The notes under the pieces are model-generated. The model did not search any database and was not told where the DNA came from. It saw nothing but the letters and a program-made list of their open reading frames with translations. A program made the position numbers and the translations under genes. This document shows positions 20,501-35,500 of a stretch of 64,000 bases of DNA, piece by piece (position 1 is the first letter of the stretch; every line of letters starts with the position of its first letter). Location: assembly GCA_002269645.1 (NCBI GenBank), contig NIVC01002037.1, positions 62,001 to 126,000 on the forward strand, read 5' to 3'. Source of the DNA: Macrostomum lignano. Taxonomy: Eukaryota.

Positions 20501-23500
20501 TTAGCAATCCATTCTGCTCCTTCATCAATGGAATATAGATTAGCAATCCATTCTGTCCTTCATCAATGAATATAGATTAGCAATCCATTCTGCTCCTTCA
20601 TCAATGATAATATAGATTAGCAATCCATTCTGTCCTTCATCAATTGAATATAGATTAGCAATCCATTCTGCTCCTTCATCAATGATAATATAGATTAGCA
20701 ATCCATTCTGCTCCTTCATCAATGAATATAGATTAGCAATCCATTCTGCTCCTTCATCAATGATAATATAGATTAGCAATCCATTCTGCTCCTTCATCAA
20801 TGATAATATAGATTAGCAATCCATTCTGCTCCTTCATCAATGGAATATAGATTAGCAATCCATTCTGCTCCTTCATCAATGAATATAGATTAGCAATCCA
20901 TTCTGTCCTTCATCAATGATAATATAGATTAGCAATCCATTCTGTCCTTCATCAATGAATATAGATTAGCAATCCATTCTGCTCCTTCATCAATGATAAT
21001 ATAGATTAGCAATCCATTCTGTCCTTCATCAATGGAATATAGATTAGCAATCCATTCTGTTCCTTCATCAATGAATATAGATTAGCAATCCATTCTGTCC
21101 TTCATCAATGAATATAGATTAGCAATCCATTCTGCTCCTTCATCAATGAATATAGATTAGCAATCCATTCTGCTCCTTCATCAATGAATATAGATTAGCA
21201 ATCCATTCTGTCCTTCATCAATGAATATAGATTAGCAATCCATTCTGCTCCTTCATCAATGAATATAGATTAGCAATCCATTCTGCTCCTTCATCAATGA
21301 AATATAGATTAGCAATCCATTCTGCTCCTTCATCAATGAATATAGATTAGCAATCCATTCTGCTCCTTCATCAATGATAATATAGATTAGCAATCCATTC
21401 TGTCCTTCATCAATGATAATATAGATTAGCAATCCATTCTGCTCCTTCATCAATGATAATATAGATTAGCAATCCATTCTGTCCTTCATCAATGAATATA
21501 GATTAGCAATCCATTCTGCTCCTTCATCAATGAATATAGATTAGCAATCCATTCTGCTCCTTCATCAATGATAATATAGATTAGCAATCCATTCTGCTCC
21601 TTCATCAATGATAATATAGATTAGCAATCCATTCTGCTCCTTCATCAATGAATATAGATTAGCAATCCATTCTGCTCCTTCATCAATGAATATAGATTAG
21701 CAATCCATTCTGTCCTTCATCAATGATAATATAGATTAGCAATCCATTCTGTCCTTCATCAATGATAATATAGATTAGCAATCCATTCTGCTCCTTCATC
21801 AATGATAATATAGATTAGCAATCCATTCTGCTCCTTCATCAATGATAATATAGATTAGCAATCCATTCTGCTCCTTCATCAATGATAATATAGATTAGCA
21901 ATCCATTCTGCTCCTTCATCAATGATATATAGATTAGCAATCCATTCTGCTCCTTCATCAATGAATATAGATTAGCAATCCATTCTGCTCCTTCATCAAT
22001 GAATATAGATTAGCAATCCATTCTGCTCCTTCATCAATGAATATAGATTAGCAATCCATTCTGCTCCTTCATCAATGAATATAGATTAGCAATCCATTCT
22101 GCTCCTTCATCAATGATATATAGATTAGCAATCCATTCTGCTCCTTCATCAATGAATATAGATTAGCAATCCATTCTGCTCCTTCATCAATGAATATAGA
22201 TTAGCAATCCATTCTGCTCCTTCATCAATGATAATATAGATTAGCAATCCATTCTGCTCCTTCATCAATGATAATATAGATTAGCAATCCATTCTGTCCT
22301 TCATCAATGAATATAGATTAGCAATCCATTCTGCTCCTTCATCAATGATATATAGATTAGCAATCCATTCTGTCCTTCATCAATGATATATAGATTAGCA
22401 ATCCATTCTGCTCCTTCATCAATGAATATAGATTAGCAATCCATTCTGCTCCTTCATCAATGATATATAGATTAGCAATCCATTCTGCTCCTTCATCAAT
22501 GATATATAGATTAGCAATCCATTCTGTCCTTCATCAATGAATATAGATTAGCAATCCATTCTGCTCCTTCATCAATGATATATAGATTAGCAATCCATTC
22601 TGCTCCTTCATCAATGATAATATAGATTAGCAATCCATTCTGCTCCTTCATCAATGAATATAGATTAGCAATCCATTCTGCTCCTTCATCAATGATAATA
22701 TAGATTAGCAATCCATTCTGCTCCTTCATCAATGATAATATAGATTAGCAATCCATTCTGCTCCTTCATCAATGATAATATAGATTAGCAATCCATTCTG
22801 CTCCTTCATCAATGAATATAGATTAGCAATCCATTCTGCTCCTTCATCAATGAATATAGATTAGCAATCCATTCTGCTCCTTCATCAATGAAATATAGAT
22901 TAGCAATCCATTCTGCTCCTTCATCAATGAATATAGATTAGCAATCCATTCTGCTCCTTCATCAATGATAATATAGATTAGCAATCCATTCTGCTCCTTC
23001 ATCAATGATAATATAGATTAGCAATCCATTCTGCTCCTTCATCAATGAATATAGATTAGCAATCCATTCTGCTCCTTCATCAATGATAATATAGATTAGC
23101 AATCCATTCTGCTCCTTCATCAATGATAATATAGATTAGCAATCCATTCTGCTCCTTCATCAATGAATATAGATTAGCAATCCATTCTGCTCCTTCATCA
23201 ATGATAATATAGATTAGCAATCCATTCTGCTCCTTCATCAATGATAATATAGATTAGCAATCCATTCTGCTCCTTCATCAATGAAATATAGATTAGCAAT
23301 CCATTCTGCTCCTTCATCAATGAATATAGATTAGCAATCCATTCTGCTCCTTCATCAATGAATATAGATTAGCAATCCATTCTGTCCTTCATCAATGATA
23401 TATAGATTAGCAATCCATTCTGCTCCTTCATCAATGAATATAGATTAGCAATCCATTCTGCTCCTTCATCAATGAATATAGATTAGCAATCCATTCTGCT

Positions 23501-26500
23501 CCTTCATCAATGAATATAGATTAGCAATCCATTCTGCTCCTTCATCAATGATAATATAGATTAGCAATCCATTCTGCTCCTTCATCAATGATAATATAGA
23601 TTAGCAATCCATTCTGCTCCTTCATCAATGAATATAGATTAGCAATCCATTCTGCTCCTTCATCAATGATAATATAGATTAGCAATCCATTCTGCTCCTT
23701 CATCAATGATAATATAGATTAGCAATCCATTCTGCTCCTTCATCAATGATATATAGATTAGCAATCCATTCTGCTCCTTCATCAATGATAATATAGATTA
23801 GCAATCCATTCTGCTCCTTCATCAATGATAATATAGATTAGCAATCCATTCTGCTCCTTCATCAATGATAATATAGATTAGCAATCCATTCTGCTCCTTC
23901 ATCAATGATAATATAGATTAGCAATCCATTCTGCTCCTTCATCAATGAATATAGATTAGCAATCCATTCTGCTCCTTCATCAATGAATATAGATTAGCAA
24001 TCCATTCTGCTCCTTCATCAATGATAATATAGATTAGCAATCCATTCTGCTCCTTCATCAATGATATATAGATTAGCAATCCATTCTGCTCCTTCATCAA
24101 TGAATATAGATTAGCAATCCATTCTGCTCCTTCATCAATGAATATAGATTAGCAATCCATTCTGCTCCTTCATCAATGAATATAGATTAGCAATCCATTC
24201 TGCTCCTTCATCAATGATATATAGATTAGCAATCCATTCTGCTCCTTCATCAATGATAATATAGATTAGCAATCCATTCTGCTCCTTCATCAATGATAAT
24301 ATAGATTAGCAATCCATTCTGCTCCTTCATCAATGAATATAGATTAGCAATCCATTCTGCTCCTTCATCAATGATATATAGATTAGCAATCCATTCTGCT
24401 CCTTCATCAATGATAATATAGATTAGCAATCCATTCTGCTCCTTCATCAATGAATATAGATTAGCAATCCATTCTGCTCCTTCATCAATGATATATAGAT
24501 TAGCAATCCATTCTGCTCCTTCATCAATGATAATATAGATTAGCAATCCATTCTGCTCCTTCATCAATGATAATATAGATTAGCAATCCATTCTGCTCCT
24601 TCATCAATGAATATAGATTAGCAATCCATTCTGCTCCTTCATCAATGAATATAGATTAGCAATCCATTCTGCTCCTTCATCAATGATAATATAGATTAGC
24701 AATCCATTCTGCTCCTTCATCAATGAATATAGATTAGCAATCCATTCTGCTCCTTCATCAATGATAATATAGATTAGCAATCCATTCTGCTCCTTCATCA
24801 ATGAATATAGATTAGCAATCCATTCTGCTCCTTCATCAATGAATATAGATTAGCAATCCATTCTGCTCCTTCATCAATGATAATATAGATTAGCAATCCA
24901 TTCTGCTCCTTCATCAATGATATATAGATTAGCAATCCATTCTGCTCCTTCATCAATGATTAGCAATCCATTCTGCTCCTTCATCAATGAATATAGATTA
25001 GCAATCCATTCTGCTCCTTCATCAATGAATATAGATTAGCAATCCATTCTGCTCCTTCATCAATGATATATAGATTAGCAATCCATTCTGCTCCTTCATC
25101 AATGAATATAGATTAGCAATCCATTCTGCTCCTTCATCAATGAATATAGATTAGCAATCCATTCTGTCCTTCATCAATGAATATAGATTAGCAATCCATT
25201 CTGCTCCTTCATCAATGAATATAGATTAGCAATCCATTCTGCTCCTTCATCAATGAATATAGATTAGCAATCCATTCTGCTCCTTCATCAATGAATATAG
25301 ATTAGCAATCCATTCTGCTCCTTCATCAATGATATATAGATTAGCAATCCATTCTGCTCCTTCATCAATGAATATAGATTAGCAATCCATTCTGCTCCTT
25401 CATCAATGAATATAGATTAGCAATCCATTCTGCTCCTTCATCAATGAATATAGATTAGCAATCCATTCTGCTCCTTCATCAATGAATATAGATTAGCAAT
25501 CCATTCTGCTCCTTCATCAATGAATATAGATTAGCAATCCATTCTGCTCCTTCATCAATGATAATATAGATTAGCAATCCATTCTGCTCCTTCATCAATG
25601 AATATAGATTAGCAATCCATTCTGCTCCTTCATCAATGAATATAGATTAGCAATCCATTCTGCTCCTTCATCAATGAATATAGATTAGCAATCCATTCTG
25701 CTCCTTCATCAATGAATATAGATTAGCAATCCATTCTGCTCCTTCATCAATGAATATAGATTAGCAATCCATTCTGCTCCTTCATCAATGATAATATAGA
25801 TTAGCAATCCATTCTGCTCCTTCATCAATGAATATAGATTAGCAATCCATTCTGCTCCTTCATCAATGATAATATAGATTAGCAATCCATTCTGCTCCTT
25901 CATCAATGATAATATAGATTAGCAATCCATTCTGCTCCTTCATCAATGAATATAGATTAGCAATCCATTCTGCTCCTTCATCAATGATAATATAGATTAG
26001 CAATCCATTCTGCTCCTTCATCAATGATAATATAGATTAGCAATCCATTCTGCTCCTTCATCAATGAATATAGATTAGCAATCCATTCTGCTCCTTCATC
26101 AATGAATATAGATTAGCAATCCATTCTGCTCCTTCATCAATGAATATAGATTAGCAATCCATTCTGCTCCTTCATCAATGGAATATAGATTAGCAATCCA
26201 TTCTGCTCCTTCATCAATGAATATAGATTAGCAATCCATTCTGCTCCTTCATCAATGATAATATAGATTAGCAATCCATTCTGCTCCTTCATCAATGAAT
26301 ATAGATTAGCAATCCATTCTGCTCCTTCATCAATGAATATAGATTAGCAATCCATTCTGCTCCTTCATCAATGATAATATAGATTAGCAATCCATTCTGC
26401 TCCTTCATCAATGAATATAGATTAGCAATCCATTCTGCTCCTTCATCAATGAATATAGATTAGCAATCCATTCTGCTCCTTCATCAATGAATATAGATTA

Positions 26501-29500
26501 GCAATCCATTCTGCTCCTTCATCAATGATAATATAGATTAGCAATCCATTCTGCTCCTTCATCAATGAATATAGATTAGCAATCCATTCTGCTCCTTCAT
26601 CAATGATAATATAGATTAGCAATCCATTCTGCTCCTTCATCAATGAATATAGATTAGCAATCCATTCTGCTCCTTCATCAATGAATATAGATTAGCAATC
26701 CATTCTGCTCCTTCATCAATGATAATATAGATTAGCAATCCATTCTGCTCCTTCATCAATGATAATATAGATTAGCAATCCATTCTGCTCCTTCATCAAT
26801 GAATATAGATTAGCAATCCATTCTGCTCCTTCATCAATGATAATATAGATTAGCAATCCATTCTGTCCTTCATCAATGAATATAGATTAGCAATCCATTC
26901 TGCTCCTTCATCAATGATAATATAGATTAGCAATCCATTCTGCTCCTTCATCAATGAATATAGATTAGCAATCCATTCTGTCCTTCATCAATGAATATAG
27001 ATTAGCAATCCATTCTGCTCCTTCATCAATGAATATAGATTAGCAATCCATTCTGCTCCTTCATCAATGAATATAGATTAGCAATCCATTCTGCTCCTTC
27101 ATCAATGAATATAGATTAGCAATCCATTCTGCTCCTTCATCAATGAATATAGATTAGCAATCCATTCTGCTCCTTCATCAATGAATATAGATTAGCAATC
27201 CATTCTGCTCCTTCATCAATGAATATAGATTAGCAATCCATTCTGCTCCTTCATCAATGAATATAGATTAGCAATCCATTCTGCTCCTTCATCAATGATA
27301 ATATAGATTAGCAATCCATTCTGCTCCTTCATCAATGATAATATAGATTAGCAATCCATTCTGCTCCTTCATCAATGATAATATAGATTAGCAATCCATT
27401 CTGCTCCTTCATCAATGAATATAGATTAGCAATCCATTCTGCTCCTTCATCAATGATAATATAGATTAGCAATCCATTCTGCTCCTTCATCAATGATAAT
27501 ATAGATTAGCAATCCATTCTGCTCCTTCATCAATGAAATATAGATTAGCAATCCATTCTGCTCCTTCATCAATGATAATATAGATTAGCAATCCATTCTG
27601 CTCCTTCATCAATGATAATATAGATTAGCAATCCATTCTGCTCCTTCATCAATGATAATATAGATTAGCAATCCATTCTGCTCCTTCATCAATGATAATA
27701 TAGATTAGCAATCCATTCTGCTCCTTCATCAATGATATATAGATTAGCAATCCATTCTGCTCCTTCATCAATGATAATATAGATTAGCAATCCATTCTGT
27801 CCTTCATCAATGATAATATAGATTAGCAATCCATTCTGCTCCTTCATCAATGATAATATAGATTAGCAATCCATTCTGCTCCTTCATCAATGATAATATA
27901 GATTAGCAATCCATTCTGCTCCTTCATCAATGATATATAGATTAGCAATCCATTCTGCTCCTTCATCAATGATAATATAGATTAGCAATCCATTCTGCTC
28001 CTTCATCAATGAATATAGATTAGCAATCCATTCTGCTCCTTCATCAATGAATATAGATTAGCAATCCATTCTGCTCCTTCATCAATGAATATAGATTAGC
28101 AATCCATTCTGCTCCTTCATCAATGAATATAGATTAGCAATCCATTCTGCTCCTTCATCAATGAATATAGATTAGCAATCCATTCTGCTCCTTCATCAAT
28201 GAATATAGATTAGCAATCCATTCTGCTCCTTCATCAATGAATATAGATTAGCAATCCATTCTGCTCCTTCATCAATGATATATAGATTAGCAATCCATTC
28301 TGCTCCTTCATCAATGAATATAGATTAGCAATCCATTCTGCTCCTTCATCAATGATATATAGATTAGCAATCCATTCTGCTCCTTCATCAATGATATATA
28401 GATTAGCAATCCATTCTGCTCCTTCATCAATGATAATATAGATTAGCAATCCATTCTGCTCCTTCATCAATGATAATATAGATTAGCAATCCATTCTGCT
28501 CCTTCATCAATGATAATATAGATTAGCAATCCATTCTGCTCCTTCATCAATGAATATAGATTAGCAATCCATTCTGCTCCTTCATCAATGATAATATAGA
28601 TTAGCAATCCATTCTGCTCCTTCATCAATGATAATATAGATTAGCAATCCATTCTGCTCCTTCATCAATGATAATATAGATTAGCAATCCATTCTGCTCC
28701 TTCATCAATGATAATATAGATTAGCAATCCATTCTGCTCCTTCATCAATGATAATATAGATTAGCAATCCATTCTGCTCCTTCATCAATGATAATATAGA
28801 TTAGCAATCCATTCTGCTCCTTCATCAATGAATATAGATTAGCAATCCATTCTGCTCCTTCATCAATGATAATATAGATTAGCAATCCATTCTGCTCCTT
28901 CATCAATGAATATAGATTAGCAATCCATTCTGCTCCTTCATCAATGAATATAGATTAGCAATCCATTCTGCTCCTTCATCAATGATAATATAGATTAGCA
29001 ATCCATTCTGCTCCTTCATCAATGATAATATAGATTAGCAATCCATTCTGCTCCTTCATCAATGATAATATAGATTAGCAATCCATTCTGCTCCTTCATC
29101 AATGATAATATAGATTAGCAATCCATTCTGCTCCTTCATCAATGATAATATAGATTAGCAATCCATTCTGCTCCTTCATCAATGAATATAGATTAGCAAT
29201 CCATTCTGCTCCTTCATCAATGATAATATAGATTAGCAATCCATTCTGTCCTTCATCAATGATATATAGATTAGCAATCCATTCTGCTCCTTCATCAATG
29301 AATATAGATTAGCAATCCATTCTGTCCTTCATCAATGAATATAGATTAGCAATCCATTCTGCTCCTTCATCAATGAATATAGATTAGCAATCCATTCTGT
29401 CCTTCATCAATGAATATAGATTAGCAATCCATTCTGCTCCTTCATCAATTGAATATAGATTAGCAATCCATTCTGCTCCTTCATCAATGAATATAGATTA

Positions 29501-32500
29501 GCAATCCATTCTGCTCCTTCATCAATGAATATAGATTAGCAATCCATTCTGCTCCTTCATCAATGAATATAGATTAGCAATCCATTCTGCTCCTTCATCA
29601 ATGAATATAGATTAGCAATCCATTCTGCTCCTTCATCAATGAATATAGATTAGCAATCCATTCTGCTCCTTCATCAATGAATATAGATTAGCAATCCATT
29701 CTGCTCCTTCATCAATGAATATAGATTAGCAATCCATTCTGCTCCTTCATCAATGAATATAGATTAGCAATCCATTCTGCTCCTTCATCAATGATAATAT
29801 AGATTAGCAATCCATTCTGTCCTTCATCAATGAATATAGATTAGCAATCCATTCTGCTCCTTCATCAATGAATATAGATTAGCAATCCATTCTGCTCCTT
29901 CATCAATGATAATATAGATTAGCAATCCATTCTGCTCCTTCATCAATGATAATATAGATTAGCAATCCATTCTGCTCCTTCATCAATGAATATAGATTAG
30001 CAATCCATTCTGCTCCTTCATCAATGATAATATAGATTAGCAATCCATTCTGCTCCTTCATCAATGATAATATAGATTAGCAATCCATTCTGCTCCTTCA
30101 TCAATGATAATATAGATTAGCAATCCATTCTGCTCCTTCATCAATGATAATATAGATTAGCAATCCATTCTGCTCCTTCATCAATGATAATATAGATTAG
30201 CAATCCATTCTGTCCTTCATCAATGATAATATAGATTAGCAATCCATTCTGCTCCTTCATCAATGATAATATAGATTAGCAATCCATTCTGTCCTTCATC
30301 AATGATAATATAGATTAGCAATCCATTCTGCTCCTTCATCAATGATAATATAGATTAGCAATCCATTCTGCTCCTTCATCAATGATAATATAGATTAGCA
30401 ATCCATTCTGCTCCTTCATCAATGATAATATAGATTAGCAATCCATTCTGTCCTTCATCAATGATAATATAGATTAGCAATCCATTCTGCTCCTTCATCA
30501 ATGATAATATAGATTAGCAATCCATTCTGCTCCTTCATCAATGATAATATAGATTAGCAATCCATTCTGCTCCTTCATCAATGATAATATAGATTAGCAA
30601 TCCATTCTGTCCTTCATCAATGATAATATAGATTAGCAATCCATTCTGCTCCTTCATCAATGATAATATAGATTAGCAATCCATTCTGCTCCTTCATCAA
30701 TGATAATATAGATTAGCAATCCATTCTGCTCCTTCATCAATGATAATATAGATTAGCAATCCATTCTGCTCCTTCATCAATGATATATAGATTAGCAATC
30801 CATTCTGTCCTTCATCAATGAATATAGATTAGCAATCCATTCTGCTCCTTCATCAATGATAATATAGATTAGCAATCCATTCTGCTCCTTCATCAATGAT
30901 AATATAGATTAGCAATCCATTCTGTCCTTCATCAATGAATATAGATTAGCAATCCATTCTGCTCCTTCATCAATGAATATAGATTAGCAATCCATTCTGT
31001 CCTTCATCAATGAATATAGATTAGCAATCCATTCTGTCCTTCATCAATGAATATAGATTAGCAATCCATTCTGCTCCTTCATCAATGAATATAGATTAGC
31101 AATCCATTCTGCTCCTTCATCAATGAATATAGATTAGCAATCCATTCTGCTCCTTCATCAATGAATATAGATTAGCAATCCATTCTGTCCTTCATCAATG
31201 AATATAGATTAGCAATCCATTCTGCTCCTTCATCAATGAATATAGATTAGCAATCCATTCTGCTCCTTCATCAATGATAATATAGATTAGCAATCCATTC
31301 TGCTCCTTCATCAATGATAATATAGATTAGCAATCCATTCTGCTCCTTCATCAATGAATATAGATTAGCAATCCATTCTGCTCCTTCATCAATGATAATA
31401 TAGATTAGCAATCCATTCTGCTCCTTCATCAATGATAATATAGATTAGCAATCCATTCTGCCTTCATCAATGATATATAGATTAGCAATCCATTCTGCTC
31501 CTTCATCAATGAATATAGATTAGCAATCCATTCTGTCCTTCATCAATGATAATATAGATTAGCAATCCATTCTGCTCCTTCATCAATGATAATATAGATT
31601 AGCAATCCATTCTGCTCCTTCATCAATGATAATATAGATTAGCAATCCATTCTGCTCCTTCATCAATGATAATATAGATTAGCAATCCATTCTGTCCTTC
31701 ATCAATGATAATATAGATTAGCAATCCATTCTGCTCCTTCATCAATGATAATATAGATTAGCAATCCATTCTGTCCTTCATCAATGATAATATAGATTAG
31801 CAATCCATTCTGCTCCTTCATCAATGATAATATAGATTAGCAATCCATTCTGCTCCTTCATCAATGATAATATAGATTAGCAATCCATTCTGCTCCTTCA
31901 TCAATGATATATAGATTAGCAATCCATTCTGCTCCTTCATCAATGAATATAGATTAGCAATCCATTCTGCTCCTTCATCAATGAATATAGATTAGCAATC
32001 CATTCTGCTCCTTCATCAATGAATATAGATTAGCAATCCATTCTGCTCCTTCATCAATGAATATAGATTAGCAATCCATTCTGCTCCTTCATCAATGAAT
32101 ATAGATTAGCAATCCATTCTGCTCCTTCATCAATGAATATAGATTAGCAATCCATTCTGCTCCTTCATCAATGAATATAGATTAGCAATCCATTCTGCTC
32201 CTTCATCAATGAATATAGATTAGCAATCCATTCTGCTCCTTCATCAATGATAATATAGATTAGCAATCCATTCTGCTCCTTCATCAATGAATATAGATTA
32301 GCAATCCATTCTGCTCCTTCATCAATGATAATATAGATTAGCAATCCATTCTGCTCCTTCATCAATGATAATATAGATTAGCAATCCATTCTGCTCCTTC
32401 ATCAATGGAATATAGATTAGCAATCCATTCTGCTCCTTCATCAATGATAATATAGATTAGCAATCCATTCTGTCCTTCATCAATGAATATAGATTAGCAA

Positions 32501-35500
32501 TCCATTCTGCTCCTTCATCAATGAATATAGATTAGCAATCCATTCTGCTCCTTCATCAATGATAATATAGATTAGCAATCCATTCTGCTCCTTCATCAAT
32601 GATAATATAGATTAGCAATCCATTCTGCTCCTTCATCAATGATAATATAGATTAGCAATCCATTCTGCTCCTTCATCAATGATAATATAGATTAGCAATC
32701 CATTCTGCTCCTTCATCAATGATAATATAGATTAGCAATCCATTCTGCTCCTTCATCAATGATAATATAGATTAGCAATCCATTCTGCTCCTTCATCAAT
32801 GAATATAGATTAGCAATCCATTCTGCTCCTTCATCAATGATAATATAGATTAGCAATCCATTCTGCTCCTTCATCAATGAAATATAGATTAGCAATCCAT
32901 TCTGCTCCTTCATCAATGAATATAGATTAGCAATCCATTCTGTCCTTCATCAATGATAATATAGATTAGCAATCCATTCTGCTCCTTCATCAATGATAAT
33001 ATAGATTAGCAATCCATTCTGCTCCTTCATCAATGAATATAGATTAGCAATCCATTCTGCTCCTTCATCAATGATAATATAGATTAGCAATCCATTCTGC
33101 TCCTTCATCAATGATAATATAGATTAGCAATCCATTCTGCTCCTTCATCAATGAATATAGATTAGCAATCCATTCTGCTCCTTCATCAATGATAATATAG
33201 ATTAGCAATCCATTCTGTCCTTCATCAATGATAATATAGATTAGCAATCCATTCTGTCCTTCATCAATGAATATAGATTAGCAATCCATTCTGCTCCTTC
33301 ATCAATGAAATATAGATTAGCAATCCATTCTGTCCTTCATCAATGAATATAGATTAGCAATCCATTCTGTCCTTCATCAATGAATATAGATTAGCAATCC
33401 ATTCTGCTCCTTCATCAATGAATATAGATTAGCAATCCATTCTGCTCCTTCATCAATGAATATAGATTAGCAATCCATTCTGCTCCTTCATCAATTGAAT
33501 ATAGATTAGCAATCCATTCTGCTCCTTCATCAATGAATATAGATTAGCAATCCATTCTGCTCCTTCATCAATGAATATAGATTAGCAATCCATTCTGCTC
33601 CTTCATCAATGAATATAGATTAGCAATCCATTCTGCTCCTTCATCAATGAATATAGATTAGCAATCCATTCTGCTCCTTCATCAATTGAATATAGATTAG
33701 CAATCCATTCTGCTCCTTCATCAATGATAATATAGATTAGCAATCCATTCTGCTCCTTCATCAATGATAATATAGATTAGCAATCCATTCTGCTCCTTCA
33801 TCAATGAATATAGATTAGCAATCCATTCTGCTCCTTCATCAATGAATATAGATTAGCAATCCATTCTGTCCTTCATCAATGAATATAGATTAGCAATCCA
33901 TTCTGCTCCTTCATCAATGATAATATAGATTAGCAATCCATTCTGCTCCTTCATCAATGATAATATAGATTAGCAATCCATTCTGCTCCTTCATCAATGA
34001 TAATATAGATTAGCAATCCATTCTGTCCTTCATCAATGATAATATAGATTAGCAATCCATTCTGTCCTTCATCAATGATAATATAGATTAGCAATCCATT
34101 CTGTCCTTCATCAATGATAATATAGATTAGCAATCCATTCTGCTCCTTCATCAATGATAATATAGATTAGCAATCCATTCTGCTCCTTCATCAATGATAA
34201 TATAGATTAGCAATCCATTCTGCTCCTTCATCAATGATAATATAGATTAGCAATCCATTCTGCTCCTTCATCAATGATAATATAGATTAGCAATCCATTC
34301 TGTCCTTCATCAATGATAATATAGATTAGCAATCCATTCTGCTCCTTCATCAATGATAATATAGATTAGCAATCCATTCTGCTCCTTCATCAATGATAAT
34401 ATAGATTAGCAATCCATTCTGTCCTTCATCAATGATAATATAGATTAGCAATCCATTCTGTCCTTCATCAATGATAATATAGATTAGCAATCCATTCTGC
34501 TCCTTCATCAATGATAATATAGATTAGCAATCCATTCTGTCCTTCATCAATGATAATATAGATTAGCAATCCATTCTGCTCCTTCATCAATGATAATATA
34601 GATTAGCAATCCATTCTGCTCCTTCATCAATGATAATATAGATTAGCAATCCATTCTGCTCCTTCATCAATGATAATATAGATTAGCAATCCATTCTGCT
34701 CCTTCATCAATGATAATATAGATTAGCAATCCATTCTGCTCCTTCATCAATGATAATATAGATTAGCAATCCATTCTGCTCCTTCATCAATGATAATATA
34801 GATTAGCAATCCATTCTGCTCCTTCATCAATGATAATATAGATTAGCAATCCATTCTGCTCCTTCATCAATGATAATATAGATTAGCAATCCATTCTGCT
34901 CCTTCATCAATGAATATAGATTAGCAATCCATTCTGCTCCTTCATCAATGAATATAGATTAGCAATCCATTCTGCTCCTTCATCAATGAATATAGATTAG
35001 CAATCCATTCTGCTCCTTCATCAATGAATATAGATTAGCAATCCATTCTGCTCCTTCATCAATGAATATAGATTAGCAATCCATTCTGCTCCTTCATCAA
35101 TGAATATAGATTAGCAATCCATTCTGCTCCTTCATCAATGAATATAGATTAGCAATCCATTCTGCTCCTTCATCAATGAATATAGATTAGCAATCCATTC
35201 TGCTCCTTCATCAATGATAATATAGATTAGCAATCCATTCTGCTCCTTCATCAATGAATATAGATTAGCAATCCATTCTGCTCCTTCATCAATGAATATA
35301 GATTAGCAATCCATTCTGCTCCTTCATCAATGATAATATAGATTAGCAATCCATTCTGCTCCTTCATCAATGATAATATAGATTAGCAATCCATTCTGCT
35401 CCTTCATCAATGATAATATAGATTAGCAATCCATTCTGCTCCTTCATCAATGATATAGATTAGCAATCCATTCTGCTCCTTCATCAATGAAATATAGATT

